Virus record (IMG/VR): IMGVR_UViG_3300021408_000140
Location: 1 to 40,879 of that record
Source: a virus
Taxonomy: Duplodnaviria; Caudoviricetes
Direction: 5' to 3' (one strand)
Length of the DNA stretch: 40,879 nt
The translations under genes and the position numbers were made by a program. The stretch's first letter is position 1. Every line of letters begins with the position of its first letter. The notes below the pieces were generated by a model, which saw only the letters and a list, made by a program, of their open reading frames with translations, was not told the DNA's origin and did not search any database. Shown here piece by piece: positions 1-8,997 of the stretch.

Positions 1-201
1 GTCGGCTCGGCGGTCGGCTCGGCGGTCGGCTCGGCGGTCGACTCGGCGGTCGACTCGGCGGTCGACTCGGCGGTCGACTCGGCGGTCCGCTCGGCGGTCG
101 ACTCGGCGGTCCGCTCGGCGGTCCGCTCGGCGGTCGACTCGGCGGTCCGCTCGGCGGTCGGCTCGGCGGTCCGCTCGGCGGTCGACTCGGCGGTCGAGTC
201 G
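1..201 (+). repeat. 12-bp coding tandem repeat GTC(GGC/GAC/CGC)TCGGCG, 16 full units plus a partial; encodes V-[G/D/R]-S-A
   Basis: Read directly; in frame with ORF 232..975. Confidence 0.97.
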
Positions 202-975
202 GATCCGGCCGTCGCGAAGGCGTACCGCCGGGTGCTACAGCAAGCGTGGTACCTCATCCACGGTGGGCAGTTCTGGGCCGGCTGCGGCTGGTACGGATAC
301 TGGGCCTCGCCGGCCGTCGTGAGTTTCTATCGCGACGTCTGCGGGCTGACGCTCGGCGTCCACGACGAGCTCGGCGAGAGCGTCATCGCGCTCGCCGAAA
401 GTTGCTGCTGGTGGTGGCCGCATCGGGACTTCGTCATGGTGTGCGAGCGCCCGCGTGGCGTCGCGCGCGACGCCGAAGGCCGACTGCACCGCGAGGATGG
501 CCCGGCGTGCGAGTGGGGCGACGGCTGGGGCGTCTACGCGTGGCACGGCGTACGTGTACCGCCCGACGTCATCCTGCATCCCGATCGGCTCACAGTAGAG
601 CGCATCGATGCCGAGGAGAACGCGGAGGCTCGGCGCGTCATGCTCGAGCGGTTCGGCGTCGGTCGATACGTGCGTGAGAGCGGTTGCGAAGTCCTGCATG
701 AGGACACCGACGCGCTCGGCGCTCCCCGGCGGCTGCTGCGGAAGCCCCCGCGACGCGGCTCCGAGGACGAGCCGATCATGATCGTGGAGCTGACGAACAG
801 CTCGCCGGAGCCAGACGGCCAATTCAGGAAGTATCATCTCCGAGTCGAGCCATCGTTGCGCCCGCTGCTCGACGACGGCGAGCTCGGCAAGCCGCAGGCG
901 CTGACGTGCCTCAACGCGGTTGCGTCGACGTTCGGCATGCGCGGCGACGAGTACGCGTTGGAGACGGAGACGTGA
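1..975 (+). CDS. DUF6745-like protein, C-terminal part (continues from 40532..40879 across the contig junction)
   Basis: Frame open from base 1; motifs CCWWWP..DFVMVCERP, GRLHREDGPA..WGDGWGVYAWHGVRVP, EENAEARRVMLERFG, NSSPEPDG..KYHLRVEP, AVASTFG. Confidence 0.8.
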   Translation, partial: VGSAVGSAVGSAVDSAVDSAVDSAVDSAVRSAVDSAVRSAVRSAVDSAVRSAVGSAVRSAVDSAVESDPAVAKAYRRVLQQAWYLIHGGQFWAGCGWYGYWASPAVVSFYRDVCGLTLGVHDELGESVIALAESCCWWWPHRDFVMVCERPRGVARDAEGRLHREDGPACEWGDGWGVYAWHGVRVPPDVILHPDRLTVERIDAEENAEARRVMLERFGVGRYVRESGCEVLHEDTDALGAPRRLLRKPPRRGSEDEPIMIVELTNSSPEPDGQFRKYHLRVEPSLRPLLDDGELGKPQALTCLNAVASTFGMRGDEYALETET

Positions 976-1292
976 CCGACGAGGAGCGCGCGCGGCAAGA
1001 GCGAGGAAGGCTGAGGATGCCCGAGGAGAAGTACAAGCGACTCGCGACGACCCACGGCATCAAGCGACCGTGGACGCCGCATGAGCGGTACATGCTCTTC
1101 GCGCGCGGCTTCCGCGACGGCGCGGGAACGAAGGCCATGCGGAAGGATCACGAGGGGCTCGGCGCCTACGATCGGGGTTATGCGGCGGGTCAGGCAGCGG
1201 CCCATGCTGCGGTCGCCGCGTACGCGAAGGAGATCGGCTACGAGCCGACGATTCTGCGGGCTGCGGCCGATAGCGAGGGAGAGACGCCATGA
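972..1292 (+). CDS. Hypothetical phage protein
   Basis: GTG start overlapping the upstream stop (GTGA); GGAG upstream. Confidence 0.7.
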   Translation: MTDEERARQERGRLRMPEEKYKRLATTHGIKRPWTPHERYMLFARGFRDGAGTKAMRKDHEGLGAYDRGYAAGQAAAHAAVAAYAKEIGYEPTILRAAADSEGETP

Positions 1293-1372
1293 CGAGCTTT
1301 CGCGAAGGTGACATCGTCAAGCTAGAGGGGCCCGAGGAGGCGCGCGCTCGCGCGGTCCTCGGGAAGTCCTAA
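1289..1372 (+). pseudogene. 27-aa ORF MTSFREGDIVKLEGPEE..., possible truncated YodC/DUF2158-like remnant
   Basis: ATGA-coupled start with GAGGGAG upstream; F..GDIVKL.GP resembles the YodC N-terminus; stop overlaps the convergent endolysin stop. Confidence 0.35.
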
Positions 1373-2145
1373 GCCACCGCCGGAGGCGGCTCCGCCTCGT
1401 CGAGGCGCGCCTGCAAGGCAGCCCTCGTCAAAGGCCCGACCAGGCCATCGCTGACGAGTGTTGCGTACCTCTGGAACTCCATGACGGCGCCTCGCGTCTT
1501 CGCGCCGGGGATGCCGTCGAGCGGGCCAGGCAGAAACCCTAGAGCGGCGAGAGACTCCTGGATACCGAGCGTGGTTCTGAGGTCGAACGTCTGCGGCTCC
1601 TCGGCCGGGGCGTCCGCGCCGACGAGGCGGAACAAGATCTCTTCCCACCGAGGCCCGCGACACTGACGCGCGACGGCTTGCTCCAGCTCCCTCACGGTGA
1701 TGGCGAGGTTGTGGTCGGCATCGAAGCCCGCGTTCGGCGCGTAGGCCCACCCGAGCTGGCCGCCCTTCCGGACGAGCACGTATTCGGGGTGCCCCGCGTG
1801 GTCGATGAGGGCCGGGAGGAACGTCGCCACGTAGAGCGCAGCGACGGACTTGAGCTTGCCCTTGTAAGGCAGGTAGTACGCGCGAACGAACGGGAGCTGC
1901 TCCTCGGCGGTGAGCTGCCGGAACGCGTCGGGACCTAGCCTCCAACCAAGGCGAGTGAGCGTCGAGGGCATCGCCTGGAAGATGCCCGAGGCATGACCGT
2001 TCGGGTTGTGCGCCTTCGCCATGACACCGCTCTCGGCCATCATCACGCAGAGCATGTCGTGCGGTTTCGCGCCGAGCTCGAGCGCGATATCGGTAAGGAG
2101 CGAGAAGAACATGTCGCTGAGATCTTTCGTGTGCGTCGTGTTCAC
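1369..2145 (-). CDS. Endolysin: lytic transglycosylase/lysozyme-like domain plus C-terminal peptidoglycan-binding domain
   Basis: MMAESG..AHNPNGHASGIFQAMPST; IQESLAALGF.PGPLDGIPGAKTRGAVMEFQ....LVSDGLVGPLT (PG_binding_1-like); GTG at 2145 with GGAGGG and GTGA coupling. Confidence 0.88.
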   Translation of the reverse strand: MNTTHTKDLSDMFFSLLTDIALELGAKPHDMLCVMMAESGVMAKAHNPNGHASGIFQAMPSTLTRLGWRLGPDAFRQLTAEEQLPFVRAYYLPYKGKLKSVAALYVATFLPALIDHAGHPEYVLVRKGGQLGWAYAPNAGFDADHNLAITVRELEQAVARQCRGPRWEEILFRLVGADAPAEEPQTFDLRTTLGIQESLAALGFLPGPLDGIPGAKTRGAVMEFQRYATLVSDGLVGPLTRAALQARLDEAEPPPAVA

Positions 2146-2357
2146 GTGGGCCCTCCGAACTTCAGGCGCTCCGCAGCGTCTGCGATCGTTTCGGCGCGCT
2201 TGGCCGCCTCCTCGTCGAGGTACGCACGGAGGTCCTCCTCGGGCACGAGCTCCAGGCCGACGGCGACGACCGCGCGCGCGACGTCGGCCGGATTGACTGC
2301 GCCCACGACGGCGTCTGCAGCAACGCGAATGATCTTGGCGATGGTCTCGGGATTCAC
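2142..2357 (-). CDS. Small lysis-region protein
   Basis: GTG start overlapping the upstream TGA; stop overlaps the endolysin start. Confidence 0.7.
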   Translation of the reverse strand: MNPETIAKIIRVAADAVVGAVNPADVARAVVAVGLELVPEEDLRAYLDEEAAKRAETIADAAERLKFGGPT

Positions 2358-2562
2358 TGGCGATCCTTTCCGGCGCCAGCGTCGCCGCGCCACTTCTCGC
2401 GCACCCTTTCGCGGCACGCCTTCGACTCCTCGAGGGACCGTGCGTCGTCGACGCACTGGAGCTGCTCGGCGGCGTAGGACGCCTCGGCTGCGGCCGCTTT
2501 CTGCTGGGCGTCGCGGTCGAGCACGCGACAAGCAGCATCGTCCAGACGAGCACGCTTCTCAT
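2354..2562 (-). CDS. Lipoprotein (spanin candidate) with a 1-nt frame break near 2506-2508
   Basis: Lipobox LLVAC in one frame; the helical continuation QQKAAAAEASYAAEQLQCVDD..KAC is in the -1 frame and ends in a GTGA coupling. Confidence 0.65.
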
Positions 2563-2942
2563 GGTTCCTCTTTCCTCTCATCGGTGAGCGAGACGGCCGC
2601 GCCGTCCGCGCTAAAGCTCGCGGTATCGATGGTGTGGCCCGCCGAGCGGAGGACGTGCACGAATCCGATCGCCATCGCGTCGGCGTCGGGGGTCCCGTCG
2701 TTCCGTCGCGGCCCGTAGCCTTGGACGACGAGCACCCATAGACCGACGCTCGACGTCTTCTCGCCGGGCGTCGTGCGCGTCGCAACCTGCGTCTTCGCCG
2801 CATCGAGTCGCTCGTTCAGGGCGTCGAGCTTGTCGCCCGTCGCGGTCGTTTTCTCGATGGCGTCCTGGAGCACCGCGGGCCTCTCACCGCTCGGGCGAGG
2901 GATCGAGAGCGGGGACGGAATGGGCGTCTTCGGGTCTGTCAT
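2559..2942 (-). CDS. Hypothetical protein (lysis region)
   Basis: ATGA coupling at both ends. Confidence 0.7.
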   Translation of the reverse strand: MTDPKTPIPSPLSIPRPSGERPAVLQDAIEKTTATGDKLDALNERLDAAKTQVATRTTPGEKTSSVGLWVLVVQGYGPRRNDGTPDADAMAIGFVHVLRSAGHTIDTASFSADGAAVSLTDERKEEP

Positions 2943-3223
2943 CGCGTCCCCGCGCGTGTTGGAGCCTTCGCTTGGTTCTGCCAGCGCTCTTGCTCGCGTT
3001 CCTTCTCGAGGCGCGTCGCGAGGTCGCCGAGCGAGTCGACGGCGACGAGGACCTTGGAGTTGAGGTCGATGATGACCTTCGCGGCGCTCTTGGCGTCCTC
3101 GAGGCGACCTTCCTTTTCCTTATCGAGCGCCTCGTCCTTCCGTTTGAGAGCGAGCAAGAGCAAGACGCAGAACGCGCCTACGACGCCCGTTGAGAGAATG
3201 GTGCCTACGAGTTGCTCCGTCAT
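2939..3223 (-). CDS. Putative holin or inner-membrane spanin (one N-terminal TM helix plus coiled coil)
   Basis: Hydrophobic LVGTILSTGVVGAFCVLLLLAL followed by a charged helix; first gene of the lysis cluster. Confidence 0.55.
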   Translation of the reverse strand: MTEQLVGTILSTGVVGAFCVLLLLALKRKDEALDKEKEGRLEDAKSAAKVIIDLNSKVLVAVDSLGDLATRLEKEREQERWQNQAKAPTRAGTR

Positions 3224-4440
3224 GCCGGATACCCCATCCCCTTGCGGTAGACCTCGCGGAGGTAGGCTTGCGAGCGCGCGATGTTCGACAGCCTCACGCG
3301 CGAGAGCTGGCCCACGAGCTGCTGACCGGCGCTATTGGGGCTGCTGGCTATCGAGAAGCGAGGCGTCGTGCCGTTTGCCCAGAGCGTGTTCCCAGTCAGA
3401 GGGTCGACACGAACATGTTCGCCGTTCCAAAGGATGTCGAACCCGGTCGCGCCAGGGTTGTAGACGTACGCAATGTGATTCCACATGGGGGCGGAGACGA
3501 GGACGCTCGTGAAGTTCGCTAAGGTGGCGGGGAGCGACGTGCGATGGTCGGCGCCAATTTGATTGGTGTTGCCCGATATGACCAGGTTGCCGCTGGCGCC
3601 CGCCGAGTCCGCCCCGATAAGGAAGAAGCCACCGGGATTGAAGCTGCGATACCAACACTCGAGCGTGAGTGCACCCGCGGGCAGATCGGCAAAGGCGCTG
3701 ATGAGCGCGCTCGCCCCGATCCCCGCGGTGACGGAAAGACCGTTCGCGCCCTGGCCGAACGTGGGGCAGGGCCCGAACGGGCCCGGCGTGCCGTGGTGAA
3801 CGTTCGCGGTAACGACGAGCGAGACCGGCGTCGCGCTCGAGCCCGTGTCGGCGAAGTCGCCGCTCGTCTCCGTGAGCTCCCACGCGTGGAGATGATTCGC
3901 GTCGAGCGGGGTGACACGATCCGGCACGGGCACGTCGATCTTGAGGACACCGCCCCCGCCATCGGAGGCCTCCGCCCCCTCACCCGTGACGTTGATCGTC
4001 GTGAAGGGTCCGCCCGCGATGGGCGCACCCTCATCCTGCGCCGCGATCCCTGAGGTGATGATCTCCGCGGTGAGCGCGCCGGGAAAGAGGTGAAGCCGCC
4101 CGTCGGCCTCGCACGTCCCGATGATGTCGTCGCCCGCCACGGGCGCAGGCGCGCGTTCGAGCCGCCCGAGCGCCGAGACTCGCACCCACGTCGCCGCGCC
4201 CGCTCCGAGCCCCGTGATGAGCGCGTCGACCGTGCCCGACTGCTGGATCTCGACGGCGCTCGCGATGCCGCTGAGGCTCGCCTCGAGGGCGACACCTTCG
4301 CTTCGCGCGGTCCCGCGGTTCGCCGTCGTCGCGACGAGATACGACGTCCGCTGCGCGTTCGGAACGAGCGCGTCGCCGATGACCACCGCAGTCGCGGATG
4401 CCACTGGCGCCGAGTAGACGTGAGAGCGATGCGGCAGCAT
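3220..4440 (-). CDS. Virion/tail-associated protein with C-terminal LamG/concanavalin-like domain (candidate receptor-binding protein)
   Basis: W.L.ETSG..ADTG, LTLECW, WNHIAYVY, GQLSRVRLSNIARS motifs. Confidence 0.7.
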   Translation of the reverse strand: MLPHRSHVYSAPVASATAVVIGDALVPNAQRTSYLVATTANRGTARSEGVALEASLSGIASAVEIQQSGTVDALITGLGAGAATWVRVSALGRLERAPAPVAGDDIIGTCEADGRLHLFPGALTAEIITSGIAAQDEGAPIAGGPFTTINVTGEGAEASDGGGGVLKIDVPVPDRVTPLDANHLHAWELTETSGDFADTGSSATPVSLVVTANVHHGTPGPFGPCPTFGQGANGLSVTAGIGASALISAFADLPAGALTLECWYRSFNPGGFFLIGADSAGASGNLVISGNTNQIGADHRTSLPATLANFTSVLVSAPMWNHIAYVYNPGATGFDILWNGEHVRVDPLTGNTLWANGTTPRFSIASSPNSAGQQLVGQLSRVRLSNIARSQAYLREVYRKGMGYPA

Positions 4441-4736
4441 TAGGCCTCGGGCGTGGCCGTCTCCTTGTGAGGCAGGACTCCGTTCACACTCGCCTTGCCG
4501 GCGCGCTTCGTCGGCTCGGTCTTCGGGCGCGTGCGCTTCGCGAGCTTCGCGCGGAGCTCGGCGTTCTCGGCGTTCTCGGCGCGGAGCTGAATCATCTCCG
4601 CACGCAGCGCCGCACTCGCACCGAGAAGCTCACGGAGGAGCGCTCCGTACGACTGCGCGGTGTGAAACGTCGCGTTATGCACCGACGCTATGCGCTCTTC
4701 AGCGACGGCGAGAGTCTGCTCTACTGCTTCACTCAT
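4440..4736 (-). CDS. Small coiled-coil protein (possible fibre chaperone)
   Basis: ORF located between two fibre-like genes; heptad pattern. Confidence 0.6.
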   Translation of the reverse strand: MSEAVEQTLAVAEERIASVHNATFHTAQSYGALLRELLGASAALRAEMIQLRAENAENAELRAKLAKRTRPKTEPTKRAGKASVNGVLPHKETATPEA

Positions 4737-4763
4737 TGCTTCATGACCCCTTTCGTTGAGAAT

Positions 4764-5744
4764 TCACGCCACCGCGAGCGTCGCGACCGCGCCAGACGGA
4801 CTCTTGACTTTCAGGATGCCGTCCGCGGGATCGCGATAGATGACGTGCATGCCGGTCGGATTCGACGCGGGCGCGGTTGTGGCGGTGCCTATCCCGAGCA
4901 CACCAATACCGCCGCCTACGGATGGCGCGGCAAGCGAACCGAGAACCGAGAAGTTCTGGTTCGTAAAGGCCATTAGGCCTGTGTCGCCGGCGCGCGCTCT
5001 CACCACGTTGGCGGACATCAAGTCCACCGACCCGCCGGTAATGACGCCGATGCGAATCTGGCTGAATGCGTTGAGCGCCGTAAATGAGGCAGGGCCTCCG
5101 ATGTTCATCTGATTGGCGCCGAGAAACGCGATTGCGGCGAGATCGTTGCCAGCCGCCGAGCGGACGGACAGCGGAACACGCACCTCGTTGGCGTATCGGA
5201 GGTCGCCGGACGCCGACGTCGGCGTCGTCGACGTGAAAACGATCGGGCCGGCGGTGAAGTCGATCTTGGTCGACGCAATCGCCGCCGCGGCCGCGACCTG
5301 CGCGTTCGCGACCTCGCCGACCTGGATCGAGTCCGCGTTGACGACGATCGTTCCGTTCGCCGCGGCGACGTTCAGCGTTCGGTCTGCGCTGAGGTTCCCG
5401 CCTCCTATCAGGCCCGCGCCGGCGATGACTTGGCGAGAGCTCGGGACCGCGCCGGCGACGAGCCCGTCGAGCAGCGCCTTGTCGGCGCCCGACATGAATC
5501 CCGCTGCGCCGCTGGCGACCGCCACTGCGTGCTGAGTCCCTCCGCCGCGCACGCCGTGCTGGGCATCGGTCTGCAGTACGCCGACGGCGATGCTGCTTGC
5601 GCCGACATCGATTGAGCCATCACCAGCGACGACGTTGAACGTGCCCGCAGGCGACTCCGTGAGGCCCGCGCCGGCGACGTACACGCCACCTCCGCCACCT
5701 CCGCCGGCGCCACCGGCGGGACCTGAGAGTCCGCGGCGAAGCAT
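4764..5744 (-). CDS. Tail fibre-like Gly/Ala-rich protein
   Basis: Internal repeats AGAGL...NV.A.DG/NG.I.V.A.SI.VG; GFMS..DK..LDG fibre motif. Confidence 0.6.
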   Translation of the reverse strand: MLRRGLSGPAGGAGGGGGGGVYVAGAGLTESPAGTFNVVAGDGSIDVGASSIAVGVLQTDAQHGVRGGGTQHAVAVASGAAGFMSGADKALLDGLVAGAVPSSRQVIAGAGLIGGGNLSADRTLNVAAANGTIVVNADSIQVGEVANAQVAAAAAIASTKIDFTAGPIVFTSTTPTSASGDLRYANEVRVPLSVRSAAGNDLAAIAFLGANQMNIGGPASFTALNAFSQIRIGVITGGSVDLMSANVVRARAGDTGLMAFTNQNFSVLGSLAAPSVGGGIGVLGIGTATTAPASNPTGMHVIYRDPADGILKVKSPSGAVATLAVA

Positions 5745-6157
5745 CAGTACGTCTCGCTCGACGCGTAGAACGACAGCGTGGCCGTCCCCATCGTCGTCCT
5801 CACGATCATGAATCGATCGATGGCGCGGTTGATGCGCGCCTGGAGCTCGGCGTTCTGCGGGATGCGGTAGCCTTGCTCGTTGTTGCTCACGAGCGGATCG
5901 CCCGCCGTGATGACCGTCGCGGGGTTGAGCTCCGGCACGGTCGGATCCTCCGGCGAGAACTGGATCCAGACGTCGCCATCCACGGCCTGAAGGCTCAGGA
6001 AGACGTGCTTCGGATCGAGCTTGTCGTTCGCGATGTAGCCCGCGAGGTTGAGCGGACGCAGATCGTAAGACCGCGCGGTCGCGTCGACGGCGAGATCAAA
6101 GGTCTCTCCGCGGCGCGGCGGCGCGACGTTCGCAGCTTGATGTTCGGCCACGCCCAC
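5744..6157 (-). CDS. Hypothetical virion-region protein
   Basis: GTG start with GAGGTG upstream; TGATG coupling to the next gene. Confidence 0.65.
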   Translation of the reverse strand: MGVAEHQAANVAPPRRGETFDLAVDATARSYDLRPLNLAGYIANDKLDPKHVFLSLQAVDGDVWIQFSPEDPTVPELNPATVITAGDPLVSNNEQGYRIPQNAELQARINRAIDRFMIVRTTMGTATLSFYASSETY

Positions 6158-6171
6158 GTGGCACCTCGCAG

Positions 6172-8994
6172 TCAGCCCGTCTTGCGGACCTCGATAGCGT
6201 CGAAACCGCTCTGCTGGATTTTCATCGCGATCGGCGCGTTGCCGGTCGGGGCGCTCGGGGCGTTTGCTGGGGTGCCCTCCTCGGGGAGGGGCTTCTCAAA
6301 GTTGCCCTGCAAGCGGGCGAGAGTTTCGGGGCGAAGGTCGGCCCCCGCGGGGATGCCGAGGAGCTTGTCGAGCCGGAGCCGTTGGGCATCGGAGGGGCGC
6401 TTGCCGTGCATCATCTGCTCGGTCGCGCGTGCGTATAGCTGTCGCTGAAACTCGCTATACGTCTCGGGCATCAGCTCCTTTGCCGCCCGAATTCCTTCGG
6501 GGGTTATCTTACCCCGTTCGAAGTCCTTCCACACGCTCGGCGGATCTGACGCGTATCCGGCGGCGCGCGTGAGACGGTCGGCCTCGTCGTACGTCAGCGG
6601 CGGAATCGAGCGGGGGTCGAGCGGGTCACGGCGCTCCTTCGAGGGGATGTAGCTGGCCAAGTAGGTGAACGCCCGTAGTGCCGCACTCGTATAAGAGCTG
6701 GAGGCCTTCGGGCCGGCGCGTTGCCCGACGAGCTCGGCGGCGTCCTGCAGGTCCTGGTGAAAGCGCTCGGGGTTCGCGCGCACCTTACTCACCTGCTCAA
6801 CGATCTTCTGGCCTTCCTTCTGCGTCGCAGCGGCCTGCGCGCGTCCACCGCTCGGCAGTCGACCCCCTCCGGAGGCCGCCGAACCTCTGGCCCCGCCCTC
6901 GCGGAAGACGCCGGCGGCCGACTTTCCGATCTGCTCGTCGACACTCCGAACCAGCCGCGAGAACGTGCCCGCGTCAGCCGCGCGCGAGAGGAGCACGGCG
7001 GCAGCCGCCGAACCGCGCTCTTTGACGACCTTGCCGCCGAGCGCGAGCACCGGACCGGCGAGGAAGTGACCGCCAGCGAGCGACGTGGCGAGCCCGATCT
7101 TCTCACCGAGGCCGAGCGTTGCGCCCTTGCTCGCGCGCGCCGCGGAGTCTTCGAGCGTCTCATTGATGAGCGACAGCCCGTGGTAGTCCTTCTTCAGCGT
7201 CTTGTAGCGCCCGGCGAGGTCGCCGGGCATCTTGCCCGAGGCCTCGTCCATCGCGTCCGTGATGACGCCCTCGAGTCGCGCACGGAGGACGCGCTTCGCC
7301 TCGAGGGCCGGGTCTCCGACGAGCGTTTTGCGCGCCTCGTAGATGGCCTGGTCGAGTGCCTTGCGCTCACGCAGGAGGTCCTGGACGCGCACCATGCTGC
7401 CAGGACCGCGCACGCCGAGCGAGTCGAGGAGCTCGGCGCCGAACGCACGCACCGCGCGAGCGGCGGGACGCGATGCGGCTGAGACCTCGCCTGCCTTTGC
7501 GACGCTGTCGACTGCGTCAAAGATCTGAGCGCCCGAGATTCGCGCACCGCTCGCTTCGGTGATGTTTCCTATCTCGGTGCCCACGCCCTCGAGGGCGGTC
7601 CTCGCCTGCGGGAGCATGTCCGCCGGGCGGCCGCCCTTGACGGCGTCGAGCGCTGCCGCGGCCACGCTCTTGCCCGTGGTCGCGCCGGTATCGATGATGC
7701 CGTAGCGAAGGCCTATCTCTCCGAGGTCGCTCGTGCCGTTGGGAAAGTACTTCGCGGCCTTCTTCGCGTACGACGTCGACTGGAGCCCGAAACCGCCACC
7801 CATCGCATTCCACGCGCGCTCGTTGGCCATCGCGCGAACCGGATCGGTCGACGGTGAGAGCGCGTCCTTCGCCGCTCGCTCGGTGGAGCCCGCCTTCCCC
7901 GTGGTCGCCCCCGCAGCATCATCGGCGAGCGTCGCCGCGGGCTTCACGCGCGTCGCGAACGCGGCGCGCGCTTCGGCCTCGCCGGCGGCTAGCGTCGCTG
8001 CGTCGCCCGTTCGGATCGCGCCGCTCGCAAGGTCCGCTGGCGCACGCGACGTCGCCACGTCTGCCATGCTCAATCCGACACCAGGACGGCCGAGCCCGGG
8101 CACCGCTTCTCCAGCCGCCGCTGGTGCCGCTCGAGCGCCAGCTGCCCCCGCCTCCTCCTCGGCGGCCTGGACGGCAGCGCCCACCCCGGCGCGGTCCGCT
8201 GCGCTCGCCAGGGCACCTCGCGCCGATCCGACGACGCCACGCCCCGCGCTGGCCAAGAGGCTGCCACCGGCGCCGAGCGCGGTACCCACGAGAGCTCCGC
8301 CGAGGGCACCGTGGCCAGCCGCGGCAAAGAGCTTCTCACCGGTAATCTCGTGGTCCTCGAGGAGATCTTGCCCGATCTGCTGCGACGCCCCGAGGAGCGC
8401 GCCCTCAGCCGCGCCACGGAGGCCGAGCGCGCCTCCGGTCGCAGCCGCACGGCCCAGGACGCCCTTCGTCGCGACGCCCGCAAGCAGGCGTCCACCAACG
8501 CCCTCGGCTGCGGCGCCAGCAGCAGAGACGCCTTTGAGGGGACCGGCCGCGAGTCCACCGACGAAGCCCGCGACCTCGCCGACGGTCTTCGTGCCAGAGT
8601 ACGCCGTCTCGATATCCTTGGTCCGCTCCTCGTACGCCGCGCCCGTGCCTGGCGAGACCGCGTCCCGGGCCTGACGGACCGCCCCCTCGTAGAGGCCGCC
8701 CGTCAGCCCTTGTGCGGCGCCGCGGTGGAAGGCATCGACCTGCGCCGGACGGGCGCCAATGCCGGTCGCTGCTCCGAGGCTCCCGCCAGCGATGTCGACC
8801 GCGATGCCGGTGGCCTTCTCGAGCGTCGAGGCCTTCTCGTACTGCGCGTCCAGCTTGGCTCGTGCCGTCTCCTCTGCAGTCGCCGCGCGACCCCCGAGGT
8901 CCTCGAGCTCCTTGACCTTGGACGCCGAAACGAGGACGCGATTACCTTGCGCGTCGTACGCCTTGACGAGGTCGGGGCTCTTCGGTTCGGCCAC
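6172..8994 (-). CDS. Large internal virion/DNA-ejection protein (940 aa)
   Basis: Ala/Gly-rich, helical, with hydrophobic segments; third of three large genes after the tail nozzle, as in podoviruses. Confidence 0.6.
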   Translation of the reverse strand: MAEPKSPDLVKAYDAQGNRVLVSASKVKELEDLGGRAATAEETARAKLDAQYEKASTLEKATGIAVDIAGGSLGAATGIGARPAQVDAFHRGAAQGLTGGLYEGAVRQARDAVSPGTGAAYEERTKDIETAYSGTKTVGEVAGFVGGLAAGPLKGVSAAGAAAEGVGGRLLAGVATKGVLGRAAATGGALGLRGAAEGALLGASQQIGQDLLEDHEITGEKLFAAAGHGALGGALVGTALGAGGSLLASAGRGVVGSARGALASAADRAGVGAAVQAAEEEAGAAGARAAPAAAGEAVPGLGRPGVGLSMADVATSRAPADLASGAIRTGDAATLAAGEAEARAAFATRVKPAATLADDAAGATTGKAGSTERAAKDALSPSTDPVRAMANERAWNAMGGGFGLQSTSYAKKAAKYFPNGTSDLGEIGLRYGIIDTGATTGKSVAAAALDAVKGGRPADMLPQARTALEGVGTEIGNITEASGARISGAQIFDAVDSVAKAGEVSAASRPAARAVRAFGAELLDSLGVRGPGSMVRVQDLLRERKALDQAIYEARKTLVGDPALEAKRVLRARLEGVITDAMDEASGKMPGDLAGRYKTLKKDYHGLSLINETLEDSAARASKGATLGLGEKIGLATSLAGGHFLAGPVLALGGKVVKERGSAAAAVLLSRAADAGTFSRLVRSVDEQIGKSAAGVFREGGARGSAASGGGRLPSGGRAQAAATQKEGQKIVEQVSKVRANPERFHQDLQDAAELVGQRAGPKASSSYTSAALRAFTYLASYIPSKERRDPLDPRSIPPLTYDEADRLTRAAGYASDPPSVWKDFERGKITPEGIRAAKELMPETYSEFQRQLYARATEQMMHGKRPSDAQRLRLDKLLGIPAGADLRPETLARLQGNFEKPLPEEGTPANAPSAPTGNAPIAMKIQQSGFDAIEVRKTG

Positions 8995-8997
8995 CGA

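Noticed and set aside
1-201. CRISPR array or telomere-like terminal repeat
   Set aside because: Contiguous 12-bp units with no spacers, in frame within a protein-coding gene
3220-5744. Diversity-generating retroelement acting on the fibre genes
   Set aside because: No reverse transcriptase and no TR/VR repeat pair seen
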